Source: Porphyromonadaceae bacterium (GTDB lineage: Bacteria > Bacteroidota > Bacteroidia > Bacteroidales > Dysgonomonadaceae). Taken from it: a DNA stretch of 64,000 bases. A program made the translations under genes and the position numbers. The notes under the pieces were generated by a model. The model was given only the letters and a program-made list of their open reading frames with translations, was not told the origin of the DNA and searched no databases. The DNA is taken from assembly GCA_022840285.1 (NCBI GenBank), contig JALHIE010000027.1, forward strand, positions 13,080 to 77,079, in the 5' to 3' direction. Shown here in pieces: positions 50,501 to 58,640 of this stretch (positions are counted from its first letter, which is position 1; every line of letters begins with the position of its first letter).

Positions 50501-51234
50501 GTGAGGTCAACATATCGTTCGTTCACTCTTCCCAGCATATCTTTGGCAAATTGAAATTCGGGAGAGCGGTAAATAAGTTCCTGTACACCAAATACCATAC
50601 GAAAATGGGTACGATCGCTCATTTGACCCAACGCCTGCAAAACAGCCAGATCACGATTCAGTTTAGCGGGTTCACTGCGACCTTTTAAATAGGATAACAT
50701 TTCATCGATGACAAGCATAAAGCCTTTTTCAGGGTATTTTTCTTCAAAGGCTGCCATCATGCACTCTATCTTTTCAGAGTAAGATTTAGGAGAATCATCA
50801 CCCGAAATGGAATATTCAACACCCCATTGCGCCAAAGCCGAATCAATCTTATAAGTGATAATATCCCACAATTCCTGATTGTGCCCCAATTCAAAACGAT
50901 AAACCATGTATTTTCCAGCAATCGTTTTGAGCCAGTCTTTTGCTTTCTCACTCTGTACCATGGGTAGGTAATCCGCATTCTCAGCAATGATGGAGAATAG
51001 TGACATCAAGTGAGATTTACCGGTACCATAATTACCCACAATCTGGATACCTTTTGTTTCTGTTGTGGCATTCAAATCGAGTGTTGCACAGATTTTCGGA
51101 ATAATGTAGTTTTCGAAGGTATTGGAAAACACAAAGTTTTTTACCACTTTTGCACGATAATCATCATCATCGAGTTTCCCAAACTTGATGATTTCATCAA
51201 TCGGGTCAAATTGAATCAAATCTCTGTATCTCAT
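47566..51234 (-). CDS. brxC: BREX BrxC/PglY-type ATPase (DUF6079 family)
   Basis: Walker A GNYGTGKS, Walker B LVIDE, YPVHP; long coiled-coil C-terminus. Confidence 0.88.
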   Translation of the reverse strand: MRYRDLIQFDPIDEIIKFGKLDDDDYRAKVVKNFVFSNTFENYIIPKICATLDLNATTETKGIQIVGNYGTGKSHLMSLFSIIAENADYLPMVQSEKAKDWLKTIAGKYMVYRFELGHNQELWDIITYKIDSALAQWGVEYSISGDDSPKSYSEKIECMMAAFEEKYPEKGFMLVIDEMLSYLKGRSEPAKLNRDLAVLQALGQMSDRTHFRMVFGVQELIYRSPEFQFAKDMLGRVNERYVDLTIKKEDVQYIVQQRLLRKDEHQKAQIRQHLSQFLVMFPNMNNNLDTYVNLYPVHPSYFDNFSLIRIGKSQREVLKTLSHKFEGIMNDEVPTNEPGLISYDSYWKDIQHNVDLKADPDVSKVSDITELIDQKIRDNFTKGLAPKRTLAHRIVSAAAIKMLQADLSQHNGVTAESLANDLCHIDHTCENYDELVDLAFNRTLDAIVSATIGQYFEKGENNEYHLRIEGGVNYEQKVKDYAAQMGDAQKDEYFYMFLAEVLPVEGETYRRNFRIWAHNIEWLSHKCHRAGYIFMGNPNDRSTTQPQQHFYIYFMPIFDSAGKSYPTEKDSVFFLMDDLSDEFKKKVTLYGSALSQEGSASSDEKPRYKQLREKFFKEARELFNQQFLAKTMVEYLGEKLAMETMQGAQAESKIDAISAVTSYIMELQFEAENPHYPKFSQLGQPLTRENRDNLLRSARAKIANPTIINRNGEAILMGLGLWNDGRLSTDHSQYARSLKQKLEAKDGQVVNRDEILDLFFDETHEYISSDFHIEADLQMLVMATMAALGEIEIVLQGGTRINASNIADINKLNPQDNYTFSNICPPKGLNVALVRELMLGLLGIDRVNELDSPNSSVFADLSSKAQSIENRVVTLQHKIQGDYRFAGDIEVISSEEASEFDKELVRLKGICNQLQRYNTKAKMRNIDWSIDVVKKAMNETLRKLDDTERMLEELNVFKDMIGYLRTALSNINEPNLKEDIIAGISNIKEVIGQDKTVVDNYKSELKTLKERYADWYMSEYVKAHISEIDYSKAQKLRANDYKQVCDTIRDAPFINPSRYDAWLRKLALLQVVNPTVSKQTILSMPTAPDGFNPTLQREQLPQIGELQDELSEIFAEYEQQFRDALDDPTTKRNQEMLSHQEKTMIQQFADGVIKLNRQYAHPLIEIITKLQRSFTKIEINHGDMLRIFSKPMTKQQAIEALAEYIEAQSRGHRPEDVRIIIK

Positions 51235-51235
51235 T

Positions 51236-51655
51236 CTATAAGGTCTTATATGTTATATCTTTCAAGTTTAATGAATACTTGGTTTCGTTGTTTGTGGTAA
51301 GAAAGAAGACATGGTTATGAATAGTACCTTCGTGATGAATGATTAACACTCTGGTCCTCGACCACGAATCGACTTTCGCATGAAGATTGATATGCAATGC
51401 AGGTTCAAAGAGGATACCAATATTTCGGATAGCAACATAATCGCCAACATCAGGATCTTGTATTGTATATTGATCAATAATCTTGTCAAGAGCTTCTTCG
51501 GCCACCATTGAGAGCCGTTTTTCATGAAGTATATGCTCTATTGCTGCAGATAATTCAGTTCCCACATCCACAAACGATATATCTTCTATCTCACGCTTGA
51601 TAAAAAGCAGTTTGTGCCGGGAATTTGCAGCTATATGTTGTTTCCATGTTTCCAT
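51236..51655 (-). CDS. brxF: BREX type 3 BrxF-like protein with no recognisable Walker A
   Basis: First gene of the operon; NIGILFEPAL resembles the BrxF NxExLF motif; TATCTTTG promoter on the minus strand at 51731-51738. Confidence 0.7.
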   Translation of the reverse strand: METWKQHIAANSRHKLLFIKREIEDISFVDVGTELSAAIEHILHEKRLSMVAEEALDKIIDQYTIQDPDVGDYVAIRNIGILFEPALHINLHAKVDSWSRTRVLIIHHEGTIHNHVFFLTTNNETKYSLNLKDITYKTL

Positions 51656-51894
51656 TTATTGGATTTCTTCTTTGAAAGGATAATGTAATTTTTCCTTATT
51701 TTCTAAAGTAGTGTACGAAATATAACATAGCAAAGATAACGAAGATATTTCAAACCTCTTAAAAGATTTTTTGAAATCGTAATATCGTTACATGAACTGA
51801 ACTGAAAAATAAATCGTTAAGCACGTAATAACCGGAAACGCTGGGTATAATTCAACACCGACTCATCGCTGGGTCGTGCCGACCGCTCAGAGTC

Positions 51895-53160
51895 CTATTT
51901 ATTAGGTGTAGATTTTTTTTCATCATCACCGTTTGTTTTAGTCTTTTTCATAGATTTCTTAGGACTGTCAGTTTTATTCAAAGAAGAATCAAAAAAGTCA
52001 GATATATTTTTTGATGCTAACTTTTGAGCACTTAGCATGTCTGAAATACTTTTTGAAGTCATTGCCTGAGAACTCAATATATCAGAAATACTAATCGGTT
52101 TATATGATTGGGCACTAAGCATATCTGAAATACTCTTTGAAGTAATTGCTTGAGAACTTAACGTGTCAGAAATATTAATTGGTTTACAGGTCTGAGCACT
52201 TAGCATGTCTAAAATACTCTTTGAAGCAAGTGAGTGTGTGTTCAAAATATCACTTAAATTAGTATAATATTTTTCATCTGAAACACGAATATCTTTTACT
52301 TCTTCAATCGTCTCATCTTTAATTTCTGGTAGCAAACCTCTTTCCTTTGCATAAGTTAAAAACTGGTCAGCATTATAAATTAGAATTCTTATTCCTGTAA
52401 AATCAAAAAATTCCTTTATTAATTCTTCTCTTGGTCTTAAAGTTTTCCCTTTTTCAATTGTCCACCAATCTTCCTTTCTATCATCAGTTATAAAAATGAG
52501 AGGATTTTTTTTGTTTTTCGTATAATTAATTAATTCTTTCCAGACAATCAAATCACCATAAATGTTTCTGAGCCCTTTTTTTTGCTTTGTGTTTTCATCT
52601 TTATATCCAGGAGGGATTTCATTAGCATACCTTTCTTTTCCCTCTGAATAAATCTTAGTTAATTCATCTTTTGAGAATTCTTCACCCACACTATCATCAA
52701 AAAGTTCAGTAATTTCATTTAATACAGTATCTTCAGTTTTGAAATCTGGATGATTCGCTTTTTGTTTTTCAAGCTCATTGGATACATTCTCCAAGAAATT
52801 ATCATGTGTTTTTATTATTTCATCTATTAGGATTGACGGATGCTTTTTATAGTGATTTAATTGCTTTTGTAAGTTTTTATCAAAATTTTCTATAAGAAGA
52901 GAATTAATATCATCATATGATTTTTCGATTCCTTCAATTACCCCAAGTCTGTTTTCATGATATTCAAATGCGGCTTGATATGGAAGAAATAGCTTATCTT
53001 TTATCGTTTTCAATGCTCGAATAAAATCATTTCTTGTATTTACCGTATATCGATATAAGTTTAAAAGTGTATTTGCATCAAAAGCAAATACTCCTTTGCT
53101 CCAAGCTTCGTCAGTTTCTTTTTTATCTGGCGAATAATATCCAATAAATTTCTTTTTCAT
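51895..53160 (-). CDS. PIN-like domain protein (PIN_8/DUF4935-type) with a C-terminal 14-aa repeat tail
   Basis: FAFDANTLLNLY, AAFEY, YGDLIVW, FITDDRKEDWW acidic PIN motifs. Confidence 0.82.
   Translation of the reverse strand: MKKKFIGYYSPDKKETDEAWSKGVFAFDANTLLNLYRYTVNTRNDFIRALKTIKDKLFLPYQAAFEYHENRLGVIEGIEKSYDDINSLLIENFDKNLQKQLNHYKKHPSILIDEIIKTHDNFLENVSNELEKQKANHPDFKTEDTVLNEITELFDDSVGEEFSKDELTKIYSEGKERYANEIPPGYKDENTKQKKGLRNIYGDLIVWKELINYTKNKKNPLIFITDDRKEDWWTIEKGKTLRPREELIKEFFDFTGIRILIYNADQFLTYAKERGLLPEIKDETIEEVKDIRVSDEKYYTNLSDILNTHSLASKSILDMLSAQTCKPINISDTLSSQAITSKSISDMLSAQSYKPISISDILSSQAMTSKSISDMLSAQKLASKNISDFFDSSLNKTDSPKKSMKKTKTNGDDEKKSTPNK
51990..52262 (-). repeat. In-frame 84-bp (2 x 42-bp) tandem repeat in the PIN gene
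   Basis: TG(A/G)GCACT(T/A)AGCAT(G/A)TCT starts at 52025, 52109 and 52193; protein SKSISDMLSAQ / PISISDILSSQ alternate. Confidence 0.92.
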
Positions 53161-53311
53161 ATGTTTTCTGTTTAATTTCTGACTAACTTAAAATTAAATG
53201 TCAGTAATTCAATGGTTTATATTATGGGTTTTATTCAGTTTTCATTCACTTTTTTGACCATTCTATTACGTTAGCTTAAGTAGTCAATGTCTCTGGAATA
53301 GGGTGAATTAC

Positions 53312-53406
53312 GCCTAAAGTTTTCGGGATTTGCGTTAGGGCGGGTTTCGGAGCACAAAGCATCAAGTTTACACGTCACCCCGCCTGACACAAAATCCGTG
53401 TTATGC
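53312..53406 (-). other. attC-like integron cassette recombination site
   Basis: Minus strand GCATAAC-ACGGATTTTGTGTCAGGCGGG ... CCCGCCCTAACGCAAATCCCG-AAAAC-TTTAGGC forms an imperfect hairpin ~40 bp after the upstream stop codon. Confidence 0.65.
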
Positions 53407-53445
53407 GGTCGTGCTTCTCTGTCCGTTATACAAATTTCTATATTT

Positions 53446-54192
53446 TTATTTGTCAATTTCATTATAAAGCTGTGAAATGATGTCAGTGTAATTATTCTTT
53501 TCGCAAATCTTTATTAGTTCTTCAAAATTGTCAGGAGTCAAATGTTTAAGAAGTAATTCCTTTTTCGTTTTGTCTGAAAGCTTGGAATAATGAATACCCC
53601 AAATCAAGCTAGTTTTGTCTTTGTAGGTGAAGTTGGTATCAAAGTTTAATCTCAGTCCAATTAGTTCGGATAAACGATTGTCTAGGTCTTTTTTCTTCAG
53701 TCTTTGGTTGCACCAAGTTGTTATTGCCTTGTTGGGTTTAGGATAACGAAGAAGTCTATTTTGTATGTGTTCTGAAATTTCATAATTGTCTATGAGCCAG
53801 TCAATGTTTTCTTGTGAAAGTTCAATGTCTTTAATTGTCACGCTTAAACTCCAAACAATCGTCTCATTGACTTCATTTATTAATGACTTGAAAACGAAAA
53901 ACAATTTGTCAGAAGTTTTGCTGTCAATAAAAGAGTTATCATATTGCCAGCGAATTAACTTGATGAAGGTAATTTTCTGAAAACGTTGATTGCTTTTTAT
54001 TTTTTCAATAACAGTGTCAAGAAGATGATTTAAAATACGTTTGTCAGGTTTTGCATACCTAATAAGGTCTTTATACTCAAGAATCGTTTTGTAGTCCTGA
54101 AATATTTCGTCTGGAATCTGTGTTGGAAAATGTCTTAGAAAAGAATTTTCAAGCAGTATAAATTGTTCAGGTGTCAATTTCATTTTGTTCAT
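53446..54192 (-). CDS. Hypothetical AT-rich helical protein carried as a gene cassette
   Basis: ATG 54192 (MNKMKLTPEQ) lies ~40 bp after a GTTAGTGGTAA core site at 54220-54230; followed by the attC-like hairpin. Confidence 0.75.
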   Translation of the reverse strand: MNKMKLTPEQFILLENSFLRHFPTQIPDEIFQDYKTILEYKDLIRYAKPDKRILNHLLDTVIEKIKSNQRFQKITFIKLIRWQYDNSFIDSKTSDKLFFVFKSLINEVNETIVWSLSVTIKDIELSQENIDWLIDNYEISEHIQNRLLRYPKPNKAITTWCNQRLKKKDLDNRLSELIGLRLNFDTNFTYKDKTSLIWGIHYSKLSDKTKKELLLKHLTPDNFEELIKICEKNNYTDIISQLYNEIDK

Positions 54193-54386
54193 TCTTTTGG
54201 CGAAATACTGTCGCAAAGCTTACCACTAACATGTTTTTCACCCAATCAATCTCCTCCTTGCCTAAATGTTAAATTTAAAACATTCGTATATCTACACGCA
54301 ACAGGGGTGTTTACGAAAGTTTGTTGAATCCGGATAAATAATTGATGGAAACTTGTGTGTTGCATAAGTATCAGTATTTTGAATCG

Positions 54387-54394
54387 CAAATATA
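54387..54394 (-). promoter_or_regulatory. -7 element pointing into the cassettes (Pc-like)
   Basis: TATATTTG on the minus strand, ~155 bp upstream of the GTTAG site. Confidence 0.45.
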
Positions 54395-54529
54395 ACGATT
54401 ATTTGGATAAAAAAACGATATTGTTAAAAAGTTATGAGTTTTCTTCCATGAGTATATTTTATTGATGTGTTCTCCTATATGTTGGATATTGGCAAAGCGG
54501 AAGCAGATCCAAAAGAATAAATATGCTAA

Positions 54530-55210
54530 TTAAATATTATAGTGAGAAATTATTATCCGGGCATCAATATCCAGTTTAGAGAAAGCGAACAGTTTTTTCC
54601 CTAAGTCTTTCAGTGATGCTCCCAGGTGGTATACGTCGGTTTCGTCAATAATAAGGAACCGGTCATGTGCTTGTTTATATTCCCGGATGATTATCTCCGG
54701 GTATTGATTATTATGTTTCTGCAAATCTAAAAGAAGTCCCTCGGATACCTTTCCGGTATAGGTAATGGCCGTAACCCCAGAATTTCTTTTGGTCAGCATC
54801 AAAAGAACGCTTTCATCGACATAGTTATCAATGAGGATCAGTGATTTTTTAGCTGACTTGATTAGGTTGATAGCAAATACATAGGCATCGAATATTTGCC
54901 CGTTGAAAAAAATATCTTCCACTGGAGGGAGAGATGTACGAACAAAGAAATCTATCTTTTCGCCCTGTTCGGCAACGGTTCTCACCAACTTATCTATGCG
55001 TTGACTGACGACGTAACCTTTAAGCATATACTCTTTCAATACTTTGTTGGCAAATTGCCGGAATTGTGTGCCTCTGATGGATTTTACCCGATAACCAACT
55101 GATATGATAACATCCAAACTGTAAAATTTAACAGGCTTGTCAGAATTTGCAATGTGCAAAAAATGCACATTGCTTTTTTTGTCAAGTTCATTTTCCTTAA
55201 ACGTTTCCAA
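54530..55210 (-). pseudogene. RhuM-like DNA-binding protein with PLD-like C-terminal domain, 5' truncated
   Basis: YSLDVIISVGYRVKSIRGTQFR; LIDNYVD...HDRFLIID...GASLKDLGKK; TTG start in the middle of the domain. Confidence 0.7.
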
Positions 55211-55269
55211 AAGCCGTTACCAAAGATATTTTGGCTGAAAATAAGCTTTGATAAAGCTGCGCTATCGTC

Positions 55270-56053
55270 TTATTTCAAATATTTACGATTCTCAACTTCC
55301 TGCAACACCCGCATCTGTTGAATGGCTATCTGGTTAAGTTTTTGCAGCCGTTCCGATTGTGGAATTTTCTCGTTGATCAGGACGGCGTTGATGTTCTCCA
55401 TATTCGACAGGCATATCAGTTCGTTGATGGTTGCGTAATCACGGATATTGCCTTTCAATCCGGGATTGGCTGCACGCCACTGTCCTGCCGTTATCCCGAA
55501 AAGAGCCATATTCAACACGTCCGCTTCACTGGCATACACGATTGATATTTGTTGCGGGGTAAGCTTTGCCGGGATCAGATTGTGCTTTACAGCATCGGTA
55601 TGGATATGGTAATTGATTTTCGACAGTTCCCGTTTGGCCGAGCAGCCTAACGCTTTTTGCTCCTCAATTTTTAGTCGCTTAAATTCGGTTACGAGATAGA
55701 GTTCAAACTCTGCTGAAATCCATGCTGCAAATTTAAATGCAATATCCGAGTGAGCATACGTGCCTCCTCCGTAGCGACCCGATTTTGAGGTTATCCCTAT
55801 CGCGTTTGTTTCGGAAATCCATTTTTGAGATGACATCCAGAAGTGAGGTTTTGCTGATTCGTTTTTAAACCCCTCATAAATGTTCCCATAACCCGATATA
55901 TTCGATTGTGCTGTAGGTTCTTAACCACAAGCTGATTATTTGTGAAGGATTGTCTTTGTCCCGAATTTTTGAGATGTCTGTCAGTGAAATATAGTCTTCT
56001 TCTGACTTTTTGTAAAAGACTATATCTGTTCCCTTTACTGTTATTTAAGCCAT
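55270..56053 (-). pseudogene. KilA-N domain protein, inactivated
   Basis: ATG GCT TAA premature stop at codon 3; DYISLTDI...WLR...GLWE, then a frameshifting deletion near 55878; GRYGGGTYAHSDIAFKFAAW. Confidence 0.85.
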
Positions 56054-56135
56054 AATCCATATTCGGTATAATTAAAAGTCGATGTGTAGGGCAAAATGAA
56101 GTAATATCAGAGGCGACTGCACATTCCTCGAAACC

Positions 56136-56552
56136 TTATTTTCTGTCCTCTAACAACTTCTCCAGAAGGGCGCTCTTTTCTTTCTCCAATTCGAGCATTA
56201 GCTCGAAGAGAGCTGTTTTCTCTTTGTTCAGTTCCAGAATCTGTTCAATGGGATCGGAGTTGTTATGAATATCACCATCATTATAATAAATACCAGCCAT
56301 ACATCCTTTGTCAAAGGTATTATTTTCAATTATCAAAGTTACCTGATCTTCTTCCACTTCCTTGATCAGTTCGTGAGCCACGTTCAGGGCTTTGGCAAAA
56401 CGTTCGATTACATCGTCGTTGAGGACCTTCCTCTGTTCGTAGGTGAAAATCAGTGCCTGGCTAAGCTCCATTTCGACGGCGAGGGTTTCCTGCTTGATGT
56501 CCAGTGTATGACGGAAACGCTTGATAGCGTGCCCGTGATGGGTGTTTTTCAC
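56136..56552 (-). CDS. XRE-family HTH transcriptional regulator
   Basis: HHGHAIKRFR...KQETLA...SQ...YEQ...AKALNV. Confidence 0.85.
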   Translation of the reverse strand: MKNTHHGHAIKRFRHTLDIKQETLAVEMELSQALIFTYEQRKVLNDDVIERFAKALNVAHELIKEVEEDQVTLIIENNTFDKGCMAGIYYNDGDIHNNSDPIEQILELNKEKTALFELMLELEKEKSALLEKLLEDRK

Positions 56553-56699
56553 TTTTTGTTCTTTCGTTATCGGTTACTTTTACCTCTGGAAATAAATGAA
56601 TGTAGTCTGCAATAAATTTCACCTCTCAATGCGTTAATAAAAGTTATATTATTGTTAAATATCAGGTTTTATAACAAATATTTAAAATATTCTTCATTT

Positions 56700-56714
56700 A
56701 TTTGTCAGACAAAT
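56700..56714. promoter_or_regulatory. Putative FadR/GntR operator
   Basis: Perfect palindrome ATTTGTC-A-GACAAAT fitting TNGT-N3-ACNA, ~90 bp upstream of the FadR gene. Confidence 0.65.
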
Positions 56715-56801
56715 CAGATTAATAATATCTGTTGTTCATTTTTATCTGAAAACATCTTTCTTTTTTAAAAGGAAAAAAACATATTTGAAAATAATCTTAC
56801 G

Positions 56802-57542
56802 ATGGACAGGCTTAGGATTCAAAATAATTCAACTACACTGGTAGATCAGGTCGAGGACAGGCTTTTGAACTATTTCAAAGAGAAGGACTTGCAAAAAGGA
56901 GATGCTATTCCGAATGAAATGGAATTAACCGTCTCATTGGGGGTGTCGAGGAGTGTAGTACGGGAGGCATTAAGCCGACTGAAGATGATGGGAATAGTGG
57001 AGACACGCACACGACGGGGCATGGTACTTTCCGAGCCTTCTATATTCGGCGGAATGAAACGTGCTGTTGATCCGAGAATTCTAAGTGAAGATACCCTCTT
57101 TGATATTCTCGGATTTAGGATTGTTCTGGAAATAGGCATTTGTAGTGAAATATTCCGAAAAATTACTCCTGATGATATTGCAGATCTGGAAGAGATTGTG
57201 AATGTAGGAATCATGTATGAAAACAACGAATATGCTCCTTTTAGTGAATTTGCTTTTCACACAAAGCTTTATAAAATAACTGGCAACAAAACTATCTCCG
57301 AATTCCAGAATATCATTCATCCTGTGATGACATTTGTGAAGGACAAATTTCAGGAGTTTCTGGCACCCATTAATATCCGTTTAAAAGAGGAAGGGCGGAT
57401 TGTAACCCATCAGGACTTGCTACAGTTACTAAAAGATGGAGACGAAGACAGGTATAGAAAGGCCTTGGAGGAGCATTTTGAGGTTTACAGAATTTTTATC
57501 AGTCAAAGAAATCAATATCACATTGCTCAGCAAAACGGTTGA
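56802..57542 (+). CDS. FadR/GntR-family transcriptional regulator
   Basis: GDAIPNEMEL...GVSRSVVREAL wHTH plus FCD domain. Confidence 0.92.
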   Translation: MDRLRIQNNSTTLVDQVEDRLLNYFKEKDLQKGDAIPNEMELTVSLGVSRSVVREALSRLKMMGIVETRTRRGMVLSEPSIFGGMKRAVDPRILSEDTLFDILGFRIVLEIGICSEIFRKITPDDIADLEEIVNVGIMYENNEYAPFSEFAFHTKLYKITGNKTISEFQNIIHPVMTFVKDKFQEFLAPINIRLKEEGRIVTHQDLLQLLKDGDEDRYRKALEEHFEVYRIFISQRNQYHIAQQNG

Positions 57543-57649
57543 TTTGATCGGTACAGTGCAATGTTGCTATTTAAAGTGTTTATAAGGCTTTTTCGTCCTT
57601 GTAATCACCAGCCGAACACAAAAAGTATATTTACCAATTAAAAATATCT

Positions 57650-58561
57650 ATGAACAATTACAAAAAACTAAAAGGGCTAATTGCTGCAACCTTTACACCC
57701 GTTGATACTAACAGCGATATAAATTATTCTGTGATCAGAAAATATGCACAACATATTAAAGATTCCGGAATATCGGGTGTATTTGTTTGCGGGACGACAG
57801 GAGAGTTTACTTCCCTCACCACTGTCGAAAGAAAACTGATCTTGGAGGAATGGATAAAACGTGGTGAAGGAGACTTTCAAATTATTGCCCATGTGGGCAG
57901 CAATAACCAGCGCGAGGCAATGGAGCTGGCACGTCATGCTGCAGTGAAAGGCGCAGATGGAATCGGATGTATCGCCCCTTCTTTTTTCAAGCCTGAAAAA
58001 GTGAAAGATCTGATCGATTTCTTTACGCCCATTGCTTCTTCCGCTCCTCAATTGCCATTCTATTACTACAACATGCCCTCCATGACCGGGGTAAACCTTT
58101 CGGTTGCACAATTTCTTCACGAAGGGAAAAAAACTATTCCCAACCTGGCCGGAGTGAAGTTTACACACAACAACCTGATGGAAATGGGCGACTGTATTCA
58201 GCTGGATAACGGGGCATTTGAGGTGTTGCATGGCTTCGACGAGACACTGATTTGTGGATTAGCACTCGGAGCCGTAGCCGGTGTGGGAAGTACGTATAAC
58301 TATATACCCCATGTTTATCTGAATATTCTGAAATCTATGGAAAGTAACGATGTGGAAACGGCGCGTGCCTTTCAGATGCAGTCGGTAGAAATGGTGAAAA
58401 TCATTATTCAATATGGAGGTGGCGTGAGAGGCGGAAAAGCCATCATGAATCTGATTGGAATCGAATGTGGACCCTGCCGCCCTCCTTTTGCCACATTCGA
58501 AAGGGAAGAGTATGATGCTCTCAGGGAGAACCTCCAGGGCATTGGTTTATTGGTAAAATAG
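57650..58561 (+). CDS. N-acetylneuraminate lyase-like (DHDPS/NAL family) aldolase
   Basis: GTTGE, YYYNMP, Schiff-base Lys in GVKFT, GVGSTYN. Confidence 0.85.
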   Translation: MNNYKKLKGLIAATFTPVDTNSDINYSVIRKYAQHIKDSGISGVFVCGTTGEFTSLTTVERKLILEEWIKRGEGDFQIIAHVGSNNQREAMELARHAAVKGADGIGCIAPSFFKPEKVKDLIDFFTPIASSAPQLPFYYYNMPSMTGVNLSVAQFLHEGKKTIPNLAGVKFTHNNLMEMGDCIQLDNGAFEVLHGFDETLICGLALGAVAGVGSTYNYIPHVYLNILKSMESNDVETARAFQMQSVEMVKIIIQYGGGVRGGKAIMNLIGIECGPCRPPFATFEREEYDALRENLQGIGLLVK

Positions 58562-58640
58562 AGAAGGGAGTGTGTCCTCTAAACAATACCCCCTTCTGGA
58601 AGAATTTAAAAACACAATTATTTTTAAAATCTATACAAAG

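Noticed and set aside
27770-56600. Intact ICE or prophage
   Set aside because: No integrase, relaxase, tra or phage structural genes and no att duplication seen.
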